Assembly: GCA_965240465.1 (NCBI GenBank)
Contig: OZ251219.1
Span: forward strand, 1,184,001-1,248,000
Length of the DNA stretch: 64,000 bases
Direction of reading: 5' to 3'
Origin: a bacterium
Lineage (GTDB): Bacteria; SAR324; JACQKK01
Shown: piece by piece, positions 32,247 through 41,243 of the stretch
Position numbering within the stretch: position 1 is the stretch's first letter
Layout: each line of letters begins with the position of its first letter
The notes under the pieces: model-generated
The model's input: the letters and a program-made list of their open reading frames with translations, nothing else
Databases searched by the model: none
Told to the model about the DNA's origin: nothing
Made by a program: the position numbers and the translations under genes

Positions 32247-34373
32247 TTGAGCATGAAGAATCTTTGTTTGAGTTTGTGGATGGCAGTGGTACTGGCTGTT
32301 GTAGTGGGCAGTGCGATGCCTATTTACGCTCAGCCATTGCCTAAACCGCCAGAGGATGAAGAAGACGAATTGCTGGAAGATAAGGCATCAAAACCAGCTG
32401 AGGAGCCAAAGCCCGTAGAGCTTGAGCCAGAGGTTGAGTTTCCCGTAGAGCCAGACGATAAATTAGATAAAGCTGGGTTAGGCTCTGAAGTTGAATTGGA
32501 GCCTGAGATTGAATTGGAGCCTGAGATTGAATTTGATCCTGAAGCTGGGTTAGGTCCTGAGATTGAGTTGGAGTCTGAGATTGAATTGGATTTAGAATAT
32601 GAGTTAGGTCCCGAGGTTGAATTGAAGCCTCCTTTGCTACCTGAAGAAATAGAGGCACTGATTGATGAGAGTGAGAAGGAGTACGAGGATAAGAGTAAAG
32701 GTTCTAAAGATAAGGTTGAGGTTAAGAAAGGTGAAGATACTGAGGATGAGAGTGAGGAAGATAAAGATGCTGATGGGTTAGATTTTTCGGTTCAACCAGA
32801 GGTTTTATTTATTGAGCCGCCGGGTTCTGGTTTTCTTGATAGTCCTAATCAGGAGGGATTTATTGGTAACGAGTTAGAATCTTATTCATTGTTTGAGCAG
32901 GAATTTTTTCAAGATACTAGGGTTGAGATTGAGCCACTAGGTAATAAAGCGATAAAGAAAGCAGAGAAGAAGTTGTTTAAGAGGCTTGCCTTTTATGGAG
33001 GGAGTGGCAAGAAGAATTATTTTATCAATGGCAGATTTGGGGTTAGTTCTGTGTCTGGGGAGGCTACTCGGAGATTGCTTTACGCTAAGCTTGGAGGGGA
33101 TTATAGGGCAGGGATTTTTCGGTTTGGCTTAGGGGGTAGTTATACCCTCCAGCACATTGAGTACATAGAAGAATTAAGACCGATTTTTACCGAGAACGAT
33201 GTTTATAGTGGTTATGCAGGCAGTAAGCGGGTTTTGGATAAGGAAACAGCTGTTCCAGAGGGTACGTATTTTGGAATTTATTTGGATAAGTTAAGCCTCA
33301 GCGGCGGAGTGCAGACCATTGTTTGGGGGCAACTTGAAGGTTATTCTCCAGTAGATTCATTACTGCCAGAACGCAGTGATGCCATCAACCCTAGCTTTAG
33401 GAAGGAAAATAACCGCCTGCCGCAGACGGTTTATCGCCTTTCCTTGTTGATGCCCCTAAAGATAAGATTTGATTTGTATCAATTTCCCAAATACGAGGTG
33501 GATGGTATCACCGAGAAAGCCTTTACCCAAGCGCGAGAGTTCAATAGCTACAATGGAGGGAAACTTGCCAGAAAAGAGGCGACTTTACCAATCAAGCCCA
33601 GTGTTCCTAGCAGGGCGGTGCGTTTGATGCTCAATCCTGTTTGGGGTAAAGTGGGATATACTTACTATCGGGGGCAAGATAGTGCGGTGGAGGATTTCTC
33701 CAGCTTGGAGGTTGTCGCTAGGAGGGATGTATATCAAGCAGAGCCTCATCCTGGGGTTTCTGCTTTTGTGGGTCGGGGGATTGAGGTTTCTATTAGTCGT
33801 GACAACTATGTTTTCTACCTAGAGAGAATGCAACGCAATGGTCTTTTTACTAACATTTACTGGCCTTATCCTGATTCTTCCACAGTTGAGCTAAGTGAAC
33901 TGGCATTGCAACTAAGAGATTGGGTGCTAGAAAACAATGAAAAAAAGTTGTACTTGGAGCATAGCCAAGTAATCAATGCTGTCGGTATGAAGGTAAAAAC
34001 AGCAGTCCAAGAGGCATCATTTGCGGTGTATACGCTGAAAGAAGAATTCCTAGCTCCCCAAGCCCAAACAGGATTTGAAATATACAAACAACTTGATGAA
34101 CAAAAACCAGTCAGTACTACTACGGTCTACTTCAAATATCAGGGATATATTGATCCCGACCGAAAAACGCTGGCTGGACTGGCAACGGGCTTGTTAGGCC
34201 CGGCTTTCGGTAATCGGGTATATGTTTCTCACAACTTCGGTGGTTTGCGTGCCGTGCTTTCCTATGAGGATCTGGAATACATCAACGATAGAAACATCAG
34301 CAGCTCCATTGAGTACCAGCAAAAGCAAAATACCTTCCGAGGTTCTCGCCTCACCTTGATCTACGATCTGTGA
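32247..34373 (+). CDS. Putative outer-membrane beta-barrel protein with long acidic Pro/Glu-rich N-terminal region
   Basis: Signal peptide, EPEIEL repeats, GVQTIVWGQ segment, C-terminal LTLIYDL strand; follows the LolA-like gene. Confidence 0.55.
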   Translation: MSMKNLCLSLWMAVVLAVVVGSAMPIYAQPLPKPPEDEEDELLEDKASKPAEEPKPVELEPEVEFPVEPDDKLDKAGLGSEVELEPEIELEPEIEFDPEAGLGPEIELESEIELDLEYELGPEVELKPPLLPEEIEALIDESEKEYEDKSKGSKDKVEVKKGEDTEDESEEDKDADGLDFSVQPEVLFIEPPGSGFLDSPNQEGFIGNELESYSLFEQEFFQDTRVEIEPLGNKAIKKAEKKLFKRLAFYGGSGKKNYFINGRFGVSSVSGEATRRLLYAKLGGDYRAGIFRFGLGGSYTLQHIEYIEELRPIFTENDVYSGYAGSKRVLDKETAVPEGTYFGIYLDKLSLSGGVQTIVWGQLEGYSPVDSLLPERSDAINPSFRKENNRLPQTVYRLSLLMPLKIRFDLYQFPKYEVDGITEKAFTQAREFNSYNGGKLARKEATLPIKPSVPSRAVRLMLNPVWGKVGYTYYRGQDSAVEDFSSLEVVARRDVYQAEPHPGVSAFVGRGIEVSISRDNYVFYLERMQRNGLFTNIYWPYPDSSTVELSELALQLRDWVLENNEKKLYLEHSQVINAVGMKVKTAVQEASFAVYTLKEEFLAPQAQTGFEIYKQLDEQKPVSTTTVYFKYQGYIDPDRKTLAGLATGLLGPAFGNRVYVSHNFGGLRAVLSYEDLEYINDRNISSSIEYQQKQNTFRGSRLTLIYDL

Positions 34374-34406
34374 TGTTCCAACAGCTAGAGGCTACGTGCT
34401 TAGGCT

Positions 34407-34469
34407 CTACTAGACACGCTGCTACTAGACACGCTGCTACTAGACACGCTGCTACTAGACACGCTGCTA
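34407..34469 (+). repeat. 15-bp tandem repeat, about 4 copies
   Basis: ctactagacacgctg units. Confidence 0.88.
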
Positions 34470-34646
34470 AACGCTACTGGGCTTGTCCCCCCCGAGCTAT
34501 CCTGCCCCACCTGCTCCCCTCCTTTGCTGCTCTCCTCCTTTGCTCCTCCCCTCGCCATGCCCCTCCTGCCCTTAGCAGAAAGCTGCTGTTTAGCAATCAC
34601 AATGAGACCGCAATGAGACCGCAATGAGATCGCAATGAGACTAGGT

Positions 34647-35096
34647 TTAGAAGTGGGTGCGTTTGAGGTCAGACGCCAATTTTTGCCATTCGGCGACTGC
34701 TTCTTCAGGCAAGTCCCGATAGCTAGACACTCGGCGATTAAATTTGGCACCTTCGTCTTGGTTCAATCTCAGCAAACGGAAGGCTTCTTCCACATCGCCT
34801 ATGCGTAGCGAGTTAATAGCGGTCAGCCGATCTTTCACTTTGGGTGTAAAATCGCAGAGTTCAACATTGACTTCTCTGTTACAAGAGAGGGAAAAGGACA
34901 GCACTGCCCCAGCCAAGCAAACGAAGCATTTATCATTTTTATGATTGTATTCATGCCAGAATTCCATTCTCAGTTCATACTCATTATCTTCTTGTACCAG
35001 CTGGAGGTCTCCAATGGCTATATCAAGCAGATCTGAAGGTTTGGCATCTAGGAATCTTTTTGATTTTTCGGTTGAGAAATCTAATTCAATATCCAT
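34647..35096 (-). CDS. Hypothetical protein
   Basis: 149-aa ATG ORF with AGGA RBS; CFVCLAG motif. Confidence 0.65.
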   Translation of the reverse strand: MDIELDFSTEKSKRFLDAKPSDLLDIAIGDLQLVQEDNEYELRMEFWHEYNHKNDKCFVCLAGAVLSFSLSCNREVNVELCDFTPKVKDRLTAINSLRIGDVEEAFRLLRLNQDEGAKFNRRVSSYRDLPEEAVAEWQKLASDLKRTHF

Positions 35097-35206
35097 GGTT
35101 TCCTAAAAATAAAATAAATCGCTTAAATTAAACTATAGCAAGCTAACAGTAAAGAGTCAGACTATACAATACATTTTTCTACTGCCCCAGACAATTTATT
35201 TGGCAT

Positions 35207-35316
35207 GCAAGCTGATAAGCCCGCAAGCTGATAGCCCGCAAGCTGATAAGCCCGCAAGCTGATAAGCCCGCAAGCTGATAAGCCCGCAAGCTGATAAGCC
35301 CGCAAGCTGATAAGCC
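35207..35316 (+). repeat. 16-bp tandem repeat, about 7 copies
   Basis: gcaagctgataagccc, one copy with a 1-nt deletion. Confidence 0.92.
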
Positions 35317-35358
35317 GACAGGCTGACGATCCGATTTGGTGCAGGCAGTGTGCCATAT

Positions 35359-36303
35359 TTAACGCATCCAGGGAGTTGCCAACAAAGGATGAAAATAGCT
35401 GAGGAATTTTCTACAGCTATTTTCCGAAACGAAAGCTAGGTTAAGAGTTAGCATCAGCAGGTTAAAGAGTAGTGTATGCAAGATGATTCCCACTCCCAAA
35501 TGTACCACTACCGCCAGTAGTAAGGAAAAAACGCGGAGCTTGGGTAACCAAACAAAAATCGGATGTAGTATTTGAAACAATATGATCCCGATACTAAATA
35601 CCATCAATTTGGGTGCATTTATTATCCAGGATACTTGATCGGCGTTCAGCCAGTTTATTTGTTCAATTCGCCCCATTTTTTGTGATTGCAAGGGGCTCCA
35701 GAAGATTTCACCGAAGGCGAAATCGGTGGTAAGCAGTATCAGAAAGGAATGGAAATAGATGATGCAAAGATGGATTTGTAGGGCTCTCATCATCATGTTG
35801 CCCCAGATGAGGGGGTGATTTTTTGGGGGGTGAGGGATAGTCTGCTTGAGGGTGACTTTTGCGATTCCTCTGCGGGGTATAAAGGAAAGATATTTGGCAC
35901 AGGGCATTAGGCTCAGGTAGAACAAGGACACGGTAAGCAAGCCATCTAGGTTGGTCACCATAGCGGATTGGTAGTGCATGTAGACGAGGTGGAAAAATAA
36001 AGCCAAAGGACCAGTGAGCCAAGTAGCTAATCCTAGTAGAAATAAGATTGCGATCAATAGTGCTAGTGAGTAGAGGCTCCAGACCCAGAAAGGACTAGTG
36101 CTGGCTCCTAGCAAGCCGATGTTCCAGCTCAGCCCAGATACATCGGCGATTTCTTTGGGGAGGGCAATATATCCCAGCTGAAGGTCCATTCCCAGTATCA
36201 GCCAGCGATAAAGGAAAATGCTTCCAACACATACTCTCATCAAGGCGGAGGTGGCCTCGGCAGTGGGTTTGTTCCATATTTTCGTTAAGCGATAGGTGAA
36301 CAT
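35359..36303 (-). CDS. HTTM-domain membrane protein
   Basis: Multi-TM; RALQIHLCIIYF and LAVVVHLGVG segments resemble the HTTM family. Confidence 0.65.
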   Translation of the reverse strand: MFTYRLTKIWNKPTAEATSALMRVCVGSIFLYRWLILGMDLQLGYIALPKEIADVSGLSWNIGLLGASTSPFWVWSLYSLALLIAILFLLGLATWLTGPLALFFHLVYMHYQSAMVTNLDGLLTVSLFYLSLMPCAKYLSFIPRRGIAKVTLKQTIPHPPKNHPLIWGNMMMRALQIHLCIIYFHSFLILLTTDFAFGEIFWSPLQSQKMGRIEQINWLNADQVSWIINAPKLMVFSIGIILFQILHPIFVWLPKLRVFSLLLAVVVHLGVGIILHTLLFNLLMLTLNLAFVSENSCRKFLSYFHPLLATPWMR

Positions 36304-36330
36304 GGTTAGAACGTATTCGGGTTTAGAAAG

Positions 36331-36921
36331 TTAGCGTTTTTTGGGACTCCAATGCCCCGAAAAAGTGTTGTACGTTCCTATAGAATTGAGCTTAAGCCTA
36401 GCATCCAGCTGATATGGTTTAGTGCTTGAGCGGATATTATTTCTATTCCATTGCCAGCGAGCCGAATATATTTTCACGCTCAGAGGGACCTTCTCCTGAT
36501 GTGCCGATAACTGATATGCAAACTTGGGAGATAAATTCGGATTATCCAACAGCACATTGCTAAAAGCAGCCCAGCGTTCAAAACGCAGCGAGGGCGAAGT
36601 CTGATGGCTGGGGAAATATCCATTACTGGTGGTGTTGTCCTGATGATACACTTTGTACACCAAAAAACGATCATAATCCCCAAATTGCTCTATCCCCAAG
36701 GCGTTCTTGGTGCTCATCCAGGTCAGCCAGCCAGCGGGCGATTTGGATACCTTAAAAACATGATTACGTCCACTGGGTAGAATAAACAAAATCCCTAAAT
36801 GAATTAATATCAAGATGGTAGGCAGTACCCGAAAAATAGGAGGCTGGCTCGGTAGACGCAAGAACCGCAATATCAAGGGCTGAGGACCATGCAAAACCCA
36901 AACTTGTAAAAACTTCAACAC
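36331..36921 (-). CDS. Hypothetical membrane-anchored protein upstream of the HTTM gene
   Basis: One TM plus a soluble domain, co-oriented with a 27-bp gap. Confidence 0.55.
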   Translation of the reverse strand: MLKFLQVWVLHGPQPLILRFLRLPSQPPIFRVLPTILILIHLGILFILPSGRNHVFKVSKSPAGWLTWMSTKNALGIEQFGDYDRFLVYKVYHQDNTTSNGYFPSHQTSPSLRFERWAAFSNVLLDNPNLSPKFAYQLSAHQEKVPLSVKIYSARWQWNRNNIRSSTKPYQLDARLKLNSIGTYNTFSGHWSPKKR

Positions 36922-37068
36922 CAGACCTTATCCTTGCTAATCCTTGTCCTTGCTAATTGATGATAAATAGCTCGCCGCAACATCACACACCCCAGCGATG
37001 CTTACACATATTAGCCACTCAATTCTAGTGAAAGCACTCCTTAGCTGGCAAGTAGACCCGAACTTGTT

Positions 37069-38526
37069 CTACTCAGGAGAACCAGAGGAAGCACGAGGCA
37101 CGATCTTCCATATCTGCCCCCTTTGATGTGCCAGCAAATAGAGCTCCCCAAGGCTGTCTTCTGCAAAGGAAGAAATATGTAGCTCGGTCTCCAACAGCAA
37201 CAATGGAGTACGCAATGGAGTACGCAATGGAGTACGCAATGGAGTACGCAATCCCAACGACCTAGCAGGAATACCACGAATACGACCCGAAACATAATCG
37301 GCAAATAAATAGTACCCAGCCATCCCAACCAGCTCTCCCCCCCGATATACATACCCGCCCGTAATAGAAGCATCAGGTCCGTGAGGGTACTCAGCGATCG
37401 GCAGGCGTAAGTTCGCCCGAGAGCACTTCCTTGGCGGACGATAGCAAAGACTACCCTCCATTCTAGACCAACCATAATTTCCCCCGCCCTCTATCAAATT
37501 GACCTCCTCCCGATGACTTTGTCCGACATCAGCAGCCCAAAGATTCCCGTTCTGGCGATCAAAAGCCATCCGCCATGGATTGCGTAGCCCAAAGGCCCAA
37601 ATCTCAGGACGAGCCGAGCGATGCCGAACAAAGGGATTGTCCGCAGGAATGGCATAGGGCTTTCCCTTTTGCGATTTGTCAATGTCTAACCGTAAAATAC
37701 TGCCCAGCAAACTAGATAAATTCTGACCATGACCAAAAGGATCGCCCTTATAACCACCATCGCCTAAACCCAAATACAATTTGCCATCAGGACCAAACAA
37801 CAATTGCCCGCCATTGTGATTATCATAAGGCTGCTTGATTTCCAATAAAACCTCCACAGCACCACGAGGACGCAAAGTCCTAGGATGCAACCTAATACGC
37901 GATAATTCAGTACGACTAGGATTAGACCGACTGCCATACAAAAATAACCATCCGTTACTGGCAAACTTAGGATGCAAAGCCAACGAAAGTAATCCCCGCT
38001 CTCCCCCATAACTGATGCGTGATCGCCAATCCAAGATCACCCGACCAGCACGATCTCCCCCCCCCAGCCGAACCCTTCGGACTAGACCCGCTTGCTCGCT
38101 GATTAACCACTGCTTATCAGGGAGGGGTCGCATATCGGTAGGCAAGCTCAAGGGCGGAGCGACCATCTGCTTGATGCCTATCTCTGAGGGAGTAGTCTTT
38201 TTAGTTTTTGAGGAAGTAGTCTTTTTAGTCTTTGAGGGACTGGTCTTACTTGTCTTGGTGGAAATTGCGGGAGCTGCGGGCTTGGTGGAGATTGCGGGAG
38301 TAATTGCGGGAGCTGCGGGCTTGGTGGAGATTGCGGGAGTAATTGCGGGGGGCTTGGTGGAGATTGCGGGAGTAATTGCGGGCTTGGTGGAGATTGCGGG
38401 AGTAATTGCGGGCTTGGTGGAGATTGCGGGAGTAATTGCGGGGCTGGGGGGGGAGTGGGCTGATAACAACATTGCAGCACCGACTACGATCAAGTTAGGC
38501 ATCAAGTTAGGCATCAAGTTAGGCAT
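37069..38526 (-). CDS. PQQ-dependent glucose/sorbosone dehydrogenase family protein
   Basis: GERGLL, NHNGG, FGPDGKLY, GLRNPWR, GGNYGW and SITGGYVY motifs; Pro/Thr/Ala repeat N-terminus. Confidence 0.88.
   Translation of the reverse strand: MPNLMPNLMPNLIVVGAAMLLSAHSPPSPAITPAISTKPAITPAISTKPAITPAISTKPPAITPAISTKPAAPAITPAISTKPAAPAISTKTSKTSPSKTKKTTSSKTKKTTPSEIGIKQMVAPPLSLPTDMRPLPDKQWLISEQAGLVRRVRLGGGDRAGRVILDWRSRISYGGERGLLSLALHPKFASNGWLFLYGSRSNPSRTELSRIRLHPRTLRPRGAVEVLLEIKQPYDNHNGGQLLFGPDGKLYLGLGDGGYKGDPFGHGQNLSSLLGSILRLDIDKSQKGKPYAIPADNPFVRHRSARPEIWAFGLRNPWRMAFDRQNGNLWAADVGQSHREEVNLIEGGGNYGWSRMEGSLCYRPPRKCSRANLRLPIAEYPHGPDASITGGYVYRGGELVGMAGYYLFADYVSGRIRGIPARSLGLRTPLRTPLRTPLRTPLLLLETELHISSFAEDSLGELYLLAHQRGQIWKIVPRASSGSPE
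38260..38441 (-). repeat. In-frame roughly 30-bp repeats (PAITPAISTK) in the dehydrogenase N-terminus
   Basis: About 5-6 copies of ggcttggtggagattgcgggagtaattgcg on the + strand. Confidence 0.88.
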
Positions 38527-38596
38527 GCGGAGTTGTTGGTGTTAGGCAGTCCAGTTGATGTTTTTTCTAATCCTAGCATTATGGTATGGATGGGGG

Positions 38597-39661
38597 TTAT
38601 TCAAGCAAGCGGCGTAGCAGGGTTGGTCCTTGGTAGACGAAGGCGGTGTATATTTGTACCGCTTGGGCACCATGGGAGAGCATTTTTTGCAGGTCTGCTT
38701 TGGTGGAGATTCCTCCACAGCCGATGACGCTCAGTTGCGGGGCGAGCTTTTTAATGGAGCTAAGCAGTTCCAAAGCCCGAGGAAATAAGCAGGGTCCGCT
38801 CAGTCCACCGATTTGCTGAGCCAGATGGGCGGGGCAATTAGGAGGTCTGGCAGTGGAGGTGTTGGAGGCTATCAGTCCCTGCCAGTCGTTTTCTGAGATG
38901 GTGTTGATGAGCGGCTTTAGGTCGGAGTTTTTCAGGTCGGGTGATATTTTCAGTAGCAGGGGAACGGAGTACCCATGTTTATCAGCTAGGCGGATACGCT
39001 CCTGACTACAGGCTTTGGCCAGCTGGGGAAGGTTTTGAGGTTTTAGCAGATCACGGAGGTCGGGGGTATTGGGACAACTCAGGTTGATGGCAATATAGTC
39101 GGCATAAGGATAAATTTCTTTCAGGCAGGTAATATAATCTTGGCTTGCCGACTTGGGATTGGAAGGGGTACGGGGATCTTTGCTGATGTTGACTCCCAAG
39201 ATGCCAGAGAGGGGTTTTTGTCGGAGTTTCTTCAATCGGGGTAGCATGCGTGCTAGTCCTTGGTTATTAAAGTTCATCCGATTGACAAGTAGCTGTTGTT
39301 CGGGGCTGTGGAATAATCGTGGAGTGGGGTTGCCGAATTGGGGCTGGGGGGTGACGGTGCCTACTTCTACCATCCCGAAGCCCAGTGCAAACAGGGCTTT
39401 TACGAAGTTGGCATCTTTGTCTAGACCAGCGGCTACTCCTAGGGGATTGGGGGCGATCTTGCCAAATAGCTTGATAGGCTGGGGAGGCGGTAGCCGATGG
39501 AGTTTACCTAATAGCTGGCAGAGAGGCTCAGCCGAGGCTATTCTAAGTCCAGTCCCGACTAGCTGATGAGCTGTTTCTGGTGGGAGGGTATGTAATAGTT
39601 TAAGCCACCATGGCGGTGGTGTTAAGGGAGGAGGGGAAGGAAGGGGAGAAAGGGAAGACAC
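38597..39661 (-). CDS. pyrD: Quinone-dependent dihydroorotate dehydrogenase
   Basis: AAGLDK, GTVTP, NLSCPNT, LKISPD, GGLSG and GCGGI motifs. Confidence 0.95.
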   Translation of the reverse strand: MSSLSPLPSPPPLTPPPWWLKLLHTLPPETAHQLVGTGLRIASAEPLCQLLGKLHRLPPPQPIKLFGKIAPNPLGVAAGLDKDANFVKALFALGFGMVEVGTVTPQPQFGNPTPRLFHSPEQQLLVNRMNFNNQGLARMLPRLKKLRQKPLSGILGVNISKDPRTPSNPKSASQDYITCLKEIYPYADYIAINLSCPNTPDLRDLLKPQNLPQLAKACSQERIRLADKHGYSVPLLLKISPDLKNSDLKPLINTISENDWQGLIASNTSTARPPNCPAHLAQQIGGLSGPCLFPRALELLSSIKKLAPQLSVIGCGGISTKADLQKMLSHGAQAVQIYTAFVYQGPTLLRRLLE

Positions 39662-39693
39662 TAGGGGGCTACTTTACTTTCTTTATGGTTGTC

Positions 39694-40095
39694 TTAATTT
39701 TTTGTTTGCTTGCGGCGGGAAATGGCTTTCTTCTTGAGGTAGGCTGCTTGTAGGATATTATTTTCGGTTTGGAAGTCCTTTTGAGTGAGTTTGCCTATTA
39801 GGTGATCGTTTTTCAAGTAATTTAATTCTTCCAGCAGGAGATTGGCATCGGAGGTGGCATCAGGGTCGGCATCGGGGTCGGCATCGGGGTCGGCATCGGA
39901 GGTGGCATCGGGGAAGGCATCGGGATCGGGGTTGGAGGTGGCATCGGCATCGGAGAAGGCATCAGGGTCGGCATCAGGGTCGGCATCAGGAGAGGAAATA
40001 CCCTTTTGCCAAGGATGATTAGGTCTTAGCAAGGGACGACTAATCCAAAAGGTACACAAGACTAAGAATGTCATTCCAAACCACAGCATTGGCAC
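39694..40095 (-). CDS. CcmI N-terminal-like membrane protein with Asp/Ala/Pro repeat insert
   Basis: TM helix and EELNYLKNDHLIGKLTQKDF segment; lies after ccmH. Confidence 0.5.
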   Translation of the reverse strand: MPMLWFGMTFLVLCTFWISRPLLRPNHPWQKGISSPDADPDADPDAFSDADATSNPDPDAFPDATSDADPDADPDADPDATSDANLLLEELNYLKNDHLIGKLTQKDFQTENNILQAAYLKKKAISRRKQTKN

Positions 40096-40102
40096 TCCTT
40101 AG

Positions 40103-40567
40103 CTAAAAAAGCTTCTCCCAGTGTTGTAAATCCGCTTGCACCTGACGCTTCTGGGCTGCCGTCAACTTTGGGGAACGAGGCTTCCTATCCACACGAAGCA
40201 CGCTGGCTAAAATCCAAAATCCGCCCAAGGCTATAAATAATATCGGCAACAACCAAACTACCCATCCCCGAGGAGATCGCAATACCCACTCCCCATAACG
40301 AGAAACAAAATAGGCTCTAATCTGCTCCTCACTCTGTCCCTCACGAACCATCCGCTCCACCTGACCGCGAATCTGCAACGCAAAAGGAGCATTGGACTCC
40401 CATACCGAAATCGCCTGACAAGTAGGACAACGCAATGATCGCGAAATCCGCTTCACCTTATCCCCAACAACATCGCCTCCCCAAGCCACGGGGGATGCCA
40501 AACTTAACCATCCGCTCCCCAAAAGGATCGCTAGCAATCTGGCTGATCGATAACATGAAACGCTCAT
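40103..40567 (-). CDS. ccmH: Cytochrome c biogenesis protein CcmH
   Basis: LRCPTCQ and YFVSRYGEWVL motifs. Confidence 0.92.
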   Translation of the reverse strand: MSVSCYRSARLLAILLGSGWLSLASPVAWGGDVVGDKVKRISRSLRCPTCQAISVWESNAPFALQIRGQVERMVREGQSEEQIRAYFVSRYGEWVLRSPRGWVVWLLPILFIALGGFWILASVLRVDRKPRSPKLTAAQKRQVQADLQHWEKLF

Positions 40568-41223
40568 TTTAATGCTCCTATTTGTCTGAATAGTAAATGA
40601 GGGATGCTGGGCGAGGGAGGGTGAGCGAGGGCAAGGGCAAGGGAGGGAGAGGGCGAGGGGGCAGCGAGGGGCAGCTCAGGGGGTGCTATGGTGAATAATA
40701 CTTGGAAGTATTTATCCAGAATTTTTCTATCTAGCGGTCCAGTATGTTTTCCCACCACGATGCCCTTAGAATTGATGAAAAAGGTTTCTGGGATTCCAAA
40801 GAGGCCGTATTTAAGTGCCATATATCCTTTTGCTCCATCCATAGCTAGGAAGTACTTTTTGTTGAATTCATTAGCAAAATCTCGGGCTGCCTTAGGAGTA
40901 TCCTGCACGGCTACTCCGATCATCTTCACACGCAAGCCATACACCTCATAGGCTTGGGAAAGCACTAGGGCTTCTTGACGACAAGGCTTACACCAGCTAG
41001 CCCAAAAGTTCATCATGTAGGGCTTGCCTAACAGGGATTGAGAAGAAATCTTCTCTTGGGTGCGAAATTCACGTAATTCAAAGCTCGGGGCGGTTTTTCC
41101 CATCAGTGGCGAGGATGGCTGGGCAGTAGGTTTTACCAAGGAGAAGGCGAGTAGGGCTATAAAGCCCAAGAGGGGAATGCTGATCAGCCAGAAGGGGAGG
41201 ATGGCTAGGGGATCTTTTTTCAT
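40564..41223 (-). CDS. ccmG: Cytochrome c biogenesis thioredoxin CcmG/DsbE
   Basis: NFWASWCKPC and GIPETFF motifs, N-terminal anchor, ccm context. Confidence 0.85.
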   Translation of the reverse strand: MKKDPLAILPFWLISIPLLGFIALLAFSLVKPTAQPSSPLMGKTAPSFELREFRTQEKISSQSLLGKPYMMNFWASWCKPCRQEALVLSQAYEVYGLRVKMIGVAVQDTPKAARDFANEFNKKYFLAMDGAKGYMALKYGLFGIPETFFINSKGIVVGKHTGPLDRKILDKYFQVLFTIAPPELPLAAPSPSPSLALALAHPPSPSIPHLLFRQIGALK

Positions 41224-41243
41224 AAGACAAGTTATGGTGTGTG

